From positions 16,990,001 to 17,054,000 of the forward strand of contig NW_024704742.1 of the NCBI RefSeq assembly GCF_018977255.1: a stretch of DNA of 64,000 nt, in the 5' to 3' direction. Origin of the DNA: Callorhinchus milii. Its lineage: Eukaryota. A program made the position numbers and the translations under genes. Shown piece by piece: positions 54,643-64,000 of this stretch. Numbering within the stretch: the first letter of the stretch is position 1; every line of letters begins with the position of its first letter. A model generated the notes under the pieces. That model did no database searches, was not told the DNA's origin, and saw only the letters and a list, made by a program, of their open reading frames with translations.

Positions 54643-55223
54643 CAGTGGAACCTGCTTAAACCAGACACCTCGGGGCCAGCCATTTTATTTTGTTGAAGCG
54701 GCATCCGAGGCTAACCAACGTTCCCCTACCTCTTCTCACCCAACAGAGGAGCAGCAGCTCTATTGCCGTTCCCATCGGACAGGAAGGGGGCCAATTAGCA
54801 GTTGCTCCGAGGTGACTGACAGCCTGGAACCACTTGTGAATCTTGGGCACTCCGGCTGTTCACAAGTGGCTCCAGTCTCGTCAATCAATCCCAATTTGAC
54901 TCCTCCCATTCCCTCCCTCTTTTGTCCCCATTCTTCCGCCCCTCACTAATTGACAGTCTAGAACCTCCCGTGAATGGCTGGAGTCTGCTGTCAATCAATC
55001 ATAATTTGGCTCCTTCCATCACCATCCCGAGGTTGATCGAGTCACAGAGTGAGTAGATGCAGTGGTGATCAGTGAGGCATCTTGTCTGGATTACCCAGAT
55101 TCTTGTCTGAATTAACTGTCATATTTAAAACATGTACAAATACAAATGAATTGGGGCCAAGTGTTTGTCTGATTTATCCGGCATCCGGGATTAACTGGTG
55201 TCCAGTTAAAGCAGCTTCCACTG
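54643..55223. mobile_element. Non-autonomous pogo/Tigger-like DNA transposon (MITE), 581 bp
   Basis: 26 bp TIRs CAGTGGAACCTGCTTAAACCAGACAC vs reverse complement of right end CAGTGGAAGCTGCTTTAACTGGACAC (22/26); flanked by TA (left) and TG (right, presumably mutated TA). Confidence 0.8.
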
Positions 55224-55278
55224 TGACAATTAATACAGATCATCAGGCATGCAAATAAGCTGTTGTTTCAATGAATAC

Positions 55279-55356
55279 CTGCTCCCAATCTTCGTATCCT
55301 ATCGATAAGTTCATAAACAGCTCCTTTCTTATAGACTCTATGTTCTCCTAATCCAC
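55279..55356 (-). CDS. TLL1: TLL1 coding exon (exon 3 equivalent), prodomain: (G)GLGEHRVYKKGAVYELIDRIRRLGA
   Basis: Not in the ORF track; acceptor tctttaaag, donor GCAG|gtattc; 78 nt, phase 1-1; LIDRIRR resembles the vertebrate TLL1 prodomain. Confidence 0.88.
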
Positions 55357-55779
55357 CTTTAAAGAAGAGTAAAACAGAACCATTTAAAGCCATACATAAT
55401 GCACTGGACATTAAATTATGGTAACTTGATTCAACAGTGTTCATTTAAAATTTATTTTCTTTATTAAAAAATGTGCAGAATGCATAGTTGCAATTTCCTT
55501 TATATACTATCAAGTTCCTGTGGTTATCTGCATACAGAAAGACTAAACTGAACCTCAGGGAATCTGTGTTATGATTGTCAAGTGTCCCACACTATAATCC
55601 AAGAAAAATATACTATATATAGTGAGCAGCATGCACACATATTTATGGTTATACCTGTCTGACTATGGGGAAAAGAATATCCATCATTTAAAGAAATGGA
55701 AAAGTGAAGCTCATCGCAACAATTCTAAATATTATAATCTCTGTTCACTGTTATTAGAATGCCGCTGATTACATCTATA

Positions 55780-56098
55780 ATAATAATAATAATAATCCTT
55801 GCATTTGATATAGCGCTTTTCACGTCGGGAGGACGTCCCAAAGCGCTTCATAGATCACACTGTAAAGTGAATTGACTGTATACTTGTGGGCGAACGCGGC
55901 AGCCAATTGCGCACAGCAATGTCCCACAAACAGTCGTAGATTGAAAATGACCAATTTATTATTGTTTTTGGTTTTGGAGGGATTATTATTAGGCGTGTGG
56001 AGTAAGGAAACTTGCCCAAGGTTTCGCCCTGCCTGGAATTGAACTCAGGTCTCTCACTTGCAAAGCGAGTGCTCTAACCACTGAGCTACAGGACTCCA
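55780..56098 (-). mobile_element. Full-length young tRNA(Ala)-derived SINE
   Basis: Near-identical to the 12527 copy and to the reverse complement of the 32199 copy; (AAT)n tail. Confidence 0.94.
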
Positions 56099-57984
56099 AT
56101 TTATATCTATATTTATATCTATATTATATACAATCTATATTTGTGCACCAATACAATTGGCAATAATTGTCAATCAGCACTTACAGAAAAAGGTGTGGAC
56201 AGCCTCCTTAGGTAGACTAACGTAATTGGATATTGCAGAACTGAAACTCTACTGGGGAGTCAGCATATGTTTATCATGACTAGAACTCATAAAAAATCTA
56301 TTGCCCGATGAAAGGAATTCAAAAGAATCTATATTTACTATTATAAGAAATTGCCAGGGATTTCACACACCATCTGTGTGTGTTTAAGCTTCCTGAATTT
56401 TCCATGTTTTTCTTCTTTGATCCCTGCAGGGCTAGCAACCATTGAGAGCCAATAAAGCCAGGGCCCAACCTGTCCTCACACGGTAACAGAGCATGGGTTC
56501 GCTTAAACAATTGCCAGGATTATTTCCCTTTACTAGTCTAAAAATACCATGTCCTCCACAGTGCCCTCACCAAAACCAGCAATTATATTTGTAGCAATAT
56601 ATATATGTGTATAACCATTTAAGTTTTGTTTCAAGCAGACTCAGACTGATGCAGCCTCCTATTTGTATGACAAGTGCTCCTGCATATGTGTATGTATATA
56701 CATATATATATATTCATATAATATAGTCTTTCAGATAATGCTTATTTGTGGATGTATTGGTCTTGGCACTAGAGATAAGAAAGTATAAATAAGACTTTGA
56801 CATTGTTGGGAAGTCCTCCCGACGTGAAAGCCACTATACAAATGTAATCTTGTTGTTCAAACTGAAGTAGTTCATATTCAATCACAAAATCTATTTTCCC
56901 ACCATCATCCTTTGGTTATCCATATTCTGTTGTGAATCGTGTGTTCACATTCACTCATATGTACAACCAGATTTTTTACTGCTGATTTTCTAATACAAAT
57001 CTACACACTTACTGATACATAGAGAAAGTCACAAGAAGACAGAAAGTTAGAGATACTTAGAGAGTGAAAAAAGAGGGAAAGAAAGGCAAAGACAGATGAG
57101 ATGCAGAGTCTGAGAGAGAAAGGTAGCAAGAGAGAAAAGCAAAGAGAGACAGAGAGAGGGAGGAATAGTGTGTTATTATAGTAACAGCATAACTCACAGT
57201 GCTACAGTGTTGTTAGGAGAAGGTCTAAAGCAGAGACTGGATACTTCCCTATCGGAGCAAAACTACCAAATGATGCATTTGAACTCCACTGGCATAGTAT
57301 GTTACTATAGTAACAGTATAACTCTTGATGGAACAATATTTTAGTTCACACGGAAGCTAATTTGTATTTTAGGTGATGTACAATTATCCACTGTTTGCTT
57401 CACTGCAATAGTGCCAGTCCCACTTAATCCAAAGGATCTCCTCTCCTGTAGATACAGCTATCTGAATGGAATGGAACAACTAATCTGTGCTCATTCATTC
57501 AATGAACTGTGACACAATATATGGATGCTCATACTTGTGGTTGCAGTTTCCACAGTGATTCAGTATTGTCAGAGACTGTACACTTCACTACTGGAGCAAT
57601 ACCACGCAATGATGCACTTGAACTCTGTTGTGACAAGACCAGTCTCCAACTTTTCAACAATCTAATGATGCATTTGTATTACATTTTCATATGTTCCACC
57701 AAGAAGCAATTAAGTATTTGACTCAGCTGATGTTCTGAAATGGAGGATACATCACAGTTACTTGTTAACCGTCTTACTCACACATAAGTAGTTTTTTAAA
57801 TTTGGAAAAATACGTCTGCAAAATCAAACACCGTCAAACTAATCATATTTTCCAGGAGTCTCAAACCATTCTGGATTTTTGGTGCAGAGTTTCTATCACT
57901 AGAAGCACAAAAGGGGAAAAATTTCACCTGGATCTAGGTATTTTCTTTTCTTAACTTTTAAGCCTTTTTTGTTAGTTCTTAAAA

Positions 57985-58150
57985 ACATAAGAACATAAGA
58001 TTTTACTTGGCGAAAGAAGACCAAGGTCTATCCAGGTCTCCTTCCACCATCCTGGCAGTCGCTTGACTTGACATGTCATGGCCCAAACTGTATACTGAAT
58101 CCTAAGATATTATTTTCTAGCAGAAATCTATCTAAATGGTTCATGGAACA
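57985..58150 (-). mobile_element. Old CR1-type 3' UTR relic; related copy at about 29135-29310
   Basis: aacataagaacataag tail followed by ccttc(c/t)accatcctgg(c/t)agtcgc shared with 29193-29217. Confidence 0.55.
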
Positions 58151-58506
58151 AGCAACATTTTCTGCTTCCACTGTCAGTCACTACACCGCAGCACTGCCAG
58201 TTCATAAGTTTGCTACTTAAAATAACTTAATTGAAAACAACAGCATCAAAATCAAAGCAATATTTAAGAATTGTCCAAATTCTGGATGTTGTGAAATTGT
58301 AAGAAAAATAGAATAAATCTAGACCCAGGTGGAATTTTTCTCCCTAAGTGACCTTCCATAGACATCTTTCTGAAAGTCCAGACCTAAAAATCACTACATC
58401 CTGACAAGGTGATAGCTTTTAAGTGAACCACAACAGAGTAACATTGATCTCGGATGTCCCACGTTTTCATTTGGAAATTGCATTGAGCAGATGTACGGAG
58501 ACGTAC

Positions 58507-58617
58507 CTGTTGTGTGTCCAATTCTGTCCAAAGTGTGTCTTGATAAATCAATTGTCCTGTCAATCTGAAAGAGTTCCAAGTCTTCTTCATCTAAGGCAAT
58601 ATCGCCCCAAAACGCAA
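58507..58617 (-). CDS. TLL1: TLL1 coding exon (exon 2 equivalent), prodomain: [37 protein letters not shown](G)
   Basis: Manual translation; acceptor ttctttaag, donor ACAG|gtacgt; 111 nt, phase 1-1; matches the tolloid prodomain motif FWGDIALD. Confidence 0.93.
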
Positions 58618-59246
58618 CTTAAAGAAAAGAAACAAATTATCAACACCACAAATACTGGCACCAGATTATTTGCAAAATCTATCACTCTTATCAGGTCAAA
58701 GAGATTTAAAAAAAAGTAAGGCAGGTTGCAGTAATAAAAATGCTTGCATTTGATATTTGAGTTGTAATTTTGTTGTTGTGGAAAGTAGGAACATGAATAA
58801 TATTCACGAATAATATGAATAACTTCTAGAAACAGTAATAAGCAGATATAAGATCACATATTTGTTGTTGATATTTGTGTTACTCACATCCCAAAAGGTT
58901 ATTTTCCATAATCTTTAACATTGTCAGTTTATTTTTCCAACATTAATAGAGAGAAACGCTGCAAGATTTGGAATGAAATTACATGTCAGCCTAGCGTAGT
59001 TTGTAACACTCTCAGCTCTCAGTAAGAATTGTAGGCTCAAGCCCCATTTGGGATTTCAGCTCATAGTCTAAGATGACATAGCTAAATGCAGGGATGGGGG
59101 ATCGCAACATTGTCAGAGGTGCTTGTGTTTGTGGGACACTACTATGTGCAATTTGGATGCCATTTTTGCCTACAAATACACAGTTACTAAACTTCACATT
59201 AAATTCCTGTGAAGTGCTTTGAGATGTTTTGATGTTACAAGGTACT

Positions 59247-59596
59247 ATATAATAATAATAATCCTTGCATTTGGAACGCCTTATCATGTCTTCGAGAAGT
59301 CTCAAAGCGCTTCATAGAATATACTGCAAAGTGAAACGACTGTATTTTGTGGACAAAACACGGCAACCAATTATACACAGCAGTGTCCCACAAACAGTCA
59401 TGGATTGAGTAACCAATTTTAAAAAAATGGAAAAGCAATCTACCAATCGACTAACAACTGGGTTCCTACTTACTGCTAGGTAAACAGAGGTGTGTGGAGT
59501 AAGGAAACTTGTCCAACGTTTCAGCCTGCTGGGAATCAAACCCAGGTCTCTCGTTTGTGAGGCAAGTGCTCTAACCACTGAGCTTCAGTACTCCAC
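59247..59596 (-). mobile_element. Full-length older SINE subfamily copy
   Basis: tRNA-like head, long central domain and hairpin tail; colinear with 36095-36450. Confidence 0.87.
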
Positions 59597-60299
59597 AATA
59601 TATCAAAATATAAGGATTATTATTATATACGTTAGGGATAGAGCAGACGAGAGGTTGGTCTGTAGAAATGGAGAGATTGAGGGTATAACAGAGAGTATTA
59701 TGTAAGAGATATGGAAAAGTATGGGTGTAGGCATGTGAAAGAAATAGGAGAAATTGGAAAGTGATGAACGGTGAAGAGGTGCACACAGAGAAACATCCAG
59801 TTTCTAGGCTAAACAGACACCTGTTCTTTTCCAGTTAATGCTTAAGAGTTCTGGTTTTGAGCAGCAATTTCAAAAACATTTATTTACTAATTCGTGTTGG
59901 GTATGTTTACTGCATGTACCCTGGAGTATAGAAGAAAACACAAGAACCTGATAGCTGTGTCTCAGTATCCGAATTATCCTGCACCACTATCCTAATCAAA
60001 TGGAATCAAAATGACCACCCAAGCAACATTTGGTATCCTCAGAGACAGTAGTTATCTAGGCTGTCATGTATTCCTGGCACGATCTCAAAGCTCTGGTTTA
60101 TTCTGAGATGTTAAGATCAAAGCCTTCAAATCTTCCACAACCTTGTATTGTTTGTTAGCAGAATGATGATAATCATGGTTACACAGAAATTTTGGAGAAC
60201 TACTTTGACCTACAAGGGCACACTCCAGTTATCGTGTTTCTTACCAATTGAATTGACAAATTAGCATAGTAATGATGGTGTGAATGACGTGGGTTTATT

Positions 60300-61441
60300 G
60301 CTCACTCAATCCTGGAGTCCTACCTCACAAACCGCCAGCAGTACGTCTGCACAAACGGCTTCTCCTCCCGCTCTCACCCGGTTACTTGCGGGGTACCCCA
60401 AGGATCCATTTTTGGCCCCCTCCTCTTTCTGATCTATATGCTCCCTCTTGGGGATGTCATCTACAGACATGGGGTACATTTCCACATGTATGCGGACGAC
60501 ACCCAACTCTATTTTTCCACCTCTCTTTGCGAACCCAGTTCCCTGATGTTCTGTCAGCCTGCCTGTCAGATCTCAGAGGCTGTATAAGCACACATTTCCT
60601 TCAGCTGAACGTTGTCAAGACGAAAACCATACTCTTATGCTCTCATCAACGTCTAAAATTGCATGGTTCTCACCTCCTCCACCTACCCGACCTCCCCCTA
60701 AAACTCTCCAAACCCGTACGCAACCTTGGCATCAGGTTTGACCCCCAATTATCCTTCCTCCCCCACACGCGGTCCCTCACCAGCACATCTTTCTTCCACC
60801 TCCGACGCATCGCCCGTCTCCGCCAATACCTCTCTCCAAAAGCTGCTGAAACCCTGCTCCATGCCTTTGTCACCTCTCGGCTGAACTATTCAAACGCCCT
60901 CCTCACTAGCCTCCCCTCCACTACCATTCATAAAATCCAGATTATTCAAAACTCTGCCGCCTGCATTCTCACCCGCACCAAACTCCACTCCCCGATTACC
61001 CAAGTCCTTGCCCGACTGCACTGGCTACCTGTCCCAGAGAGAATCGATTTCAAGATCCGCACTCTTGTCTTCAAATCCCTCTACTCCTCTGCACCCCCCT
61101 ACCTCTCTGACCTCCTCGCTCCTTAAAACAGTGCCCATTGCTTTTGTTCCACCGGGTCTGGCCGCCTCCTTGTCCCCCGAATCCTCCGTTCCACCCTCGG
61201 TGGCCATGCCTTCAGCCACTACACCCCGAGGCTCTGGAACTCCCTTCCTCACTCCCTTTGCCTCGCCCCCTCTCTTCCTATTTTCGGGTCTCTGCTGAAA
61301 ACCTTTCTTTTCGACCACGCCTTTGGCCACCTTCCTCCCCCTCCCCCTGGCTCGGTCCCGGGATCCGTTACTGTGAAGCGCTCTGAGACGCCGTCCGGCG
61401 TGGAGGGCACTATATAAATCCAAGCTGTTGTTGTTGTTGTT
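60300..61441 (+). mobile_element. L2 LINE, second subfamily, 5'-truncated
   Basis: ORF 60284..61126 C-terminal half: VRNLGIRFDPQLSF, HAFVTSRLNYSN, LHWLPVPERIDFKI; (TTG)n tail. Confidence 0.92.
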
Positions 61442-62290
61442 AAAATAAAGTGAGCGACATAGAACCATAGAAATTTAGAGCACAGAAATTTACACAAAGG
61501 GCTGGTCACAGAAACCAAGTCTGAAATGAAATCACTCAAGTTCATGAACTCAACTAATGATTCACATCATGTCTGTCGATACTAAGATCTATGTATCGCT
61601 TCAATGCTCTACCTCATATTTCAGCGTTACCCACCGTGTCAGCTCAACCCAATTTAATAGGCAAATAAGCAATTTGCATGAAAAAACACAACACCCAATG
61701 TGACATGTAATTAGGATTTTGGTGATATGATGTGCTAAGAGGATTTAGTCGACATGGAGCGACAGATTAGGTGGCTTTGCAACATTCATCTAAATAGGGC
61801 CAATCTCCCATGTCACGTGGCTAAATCAGAGCCCAGTCAGAAGCAGCAGACATGAGATGTTGCCTAGATCTCAGCGCTAATACATCAGAGTAAATATACT
61901 CTACATCGACATCTACTGCAGTCCCAGTCCCATTATAATGCATCTCAACATATAACATTATAACAGATATAGCATGATTTCACACTGGACCTGCTGTGTA
62001 CTGACTTCCAGCTTCTGATAACCTCAGCACCACTGGATGTGAGCCATACTATAACGCACCCTGTTATTATCGTGTCTCGTTTTTAAGGATCCCAACTGTT
62101 ATGTATCACTAAACTGGTACAATACGGTGTAGAGATGTCAGCTTGCATTCCAAGCAGTGCCGAAAGACCTGGGCCACGCAAAATTATGTGATACAATTGG
62201 TTTATAGACAAATGTAAAATGTCATCTGCATTGTGCAGATCAAAGTTTGATGCAGGGTTTGCACAAGTCGCTGTGCACTTCAGCTGTGAG

Positions 62291-63115
62291 GTGTCAGTTT
62301 AGCTCAGTTGGAAGCATCTTGCCTCCGAGTCAGGAGGTTGTGAGTTCAAATCCCACATCGGTACTTTGAACTCATAGAATAGGCTGACGTCTTCAATTCA
62401 GTTTTGAAGGTGTGATCTTTCCCATGCAGAAGGTTGTGGGTTCAACAGTAAAAACAAACTGCATTTATATAACGCTTTTCATGTCAGGAGGACATCCCAA
62501 GGCACTGCACAGTTGAGAGTTTGCACCCAAGCTGAGGCTTCAAGCCCCAAAATTTGGAACTCATAAAGTTTAAGATGACATTCCAATGCAGTACTGGGGG
62601 TGTCCTCCATTGCTGCAGATGCTGTAATTTGGTGGATGTTAAGATCCTATGGCACTATTCAAAAAGTGAAAGGAGTTTCTCCTGGTGACCTGGCCAACAA
62701 TCCCCTAAATAAGATTAGTCAAGAAAGATGCCATACAAATTTAATTTGTTGTTGTTGTAGTCATTCGCTCCATAACAGCTTATGGCACAAAACACACTGC
62801 ATTACCATATAGGCCGTGAAGCGCTTTGGGACATCCTCCTAACATGAAAGGTGCTATACCAAATTCAAGGATTATTATTATGTTCAAGTGGACATTAAAG
62901 ATCCCAAACCACTATGCACCAGGTGTCGTGACCAACAATCCCCCAGATAAAATGAGTCATTCATTTCAGGGTTGTTTGTGGGACATTGCTGTGCACAAAT
63001 GGATTGCCACATTCACCCACAAAATAATCACTGCATTTTACAGTAAATCTTGTAAAACACTTTGAGATGTCTTCCCGACATGAAAGGGATTCTATGAAAT
63101 ATAATGATTATTATT
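62291..63115 (+). mobile_element. Cluster of DeuSINE-like fragments, one interrupted by an inverted L2 tail (about 62447-62538)
   Basis: Head tagctcagttgg...gagttcaaatccc similar to 17808; Deu-type cores near 62630 and 62888; TTCAA on both sides of the L2 tail. Confidence 0.65.
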
Positions 63116-64000
63116 TACAGATGATATTTTCCCACATCCGAATCATTCATAGCAAAAGCATTCAATTCAATTCACAGGAGCAGACTCCTGGCCAGACATG
63201 TAACAAGATCTAAAAACTGCACTCTCAATGCAATATGATAAAATGGGAAGATATTTATAATATAAATATATATATATGCAATGTTATCTTGCGTGGCTTG
63301 AAAATAGAAATGTATTTGTTATAGTTATAACACTTCACCCACAAAATATGCGGTCAATTCACTTTACAGTATATATGGGAAGCACTTTGAGAAATCTTGA
63401 AGACGTGATAAGGTGCTATGTCAAATTCAAGGATTATTGATATTATTATTATTATCATTCATGCAATATCAGAACTGAATCTACGCTCAACCCCCAGCTC
63501 CCTGCAGCTCTTTATCTGGCAGAACGAAAATCCCCAAAGCAGGGAATTAAGTGAAACGCGGCTATTTAAATAATACATTAAAAATTGTTACTGAATACCT
63601 TTAATGCAGTAACTGAAGAGTGCTCCTAAATGCATGAACAATGGTTGAGACTTAAATGTCACATTTCACTTCACTATTTGTTGTTTTAAATGTCAGTACT
63701 GGATTGAAAGTAGTGGCGCATTTCAGAACACAGAGCTGTTTAGATGCTATTTAGATGTGTGGGAGGAACAGATTGACAGTGTGTTGAAGTGTAAAGGTTG
63801 TAGTGGTTGGATTTTGGCAAGTGCATGATTTTGCATAACCTCCCTCCCCCACCCCTCCATATGTTGGATTAACTGGGGTCCATTTGCCTAAGATTATTCT
63901 TTTCTTATTTTCCTAAGATCATACTAGAGCCAACTGCTGATTCCATGTGGAGCTGGGCCCAGGCTGCTTTGGAGTTTATAAATTTGCTGCCTTTAAACAT

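Noticed and set aside
58618..64000. TLL1 first (signal peptide) exon or promoter
   Set aside because: No signal-peptide exon or CpG island seen; the region looks like intron 1.

Overview
Vertebrate genomic DNA, probably a cartilaginous fish (inferred from the L2, CR1 and Deu-type SINE repeats). The window lies entirely inside one minus-strand gene, tolloid-like 1 (TLL1; BMP1/tolloid astacin metalloprotease). I traced 13 consecutive coding exons by hand (58617 down to 949; 1677 nt, 559 codons). All have AG/GT boundaries and one open frame, encoding prodomain, furin site, astacin domain ([16 protein letters not shown]), CUB1, CUB2 and EGF1. The first exon and the 3' exons lie outside the window. 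Introns are full of 5'-truncated L2 and CR1 LINEs, tRNA-derived SINEs and one pogo/Tigger-like MITE. Nearly all other ORFs in the supplied track are repeat-derived or spurious. Most notable non-gene signals: a Penelope-type palindrome with a decayed hammerhead ribozyme core; a 3' hairpin shared by L2 and SINE families with compensatory changes; an ORF2 frameshift shared by two independent L2 copies; a three-level nested insertion; and inverted repeat pairs bracketing in-frame domain modules. I found no wholly new protein-coding system.
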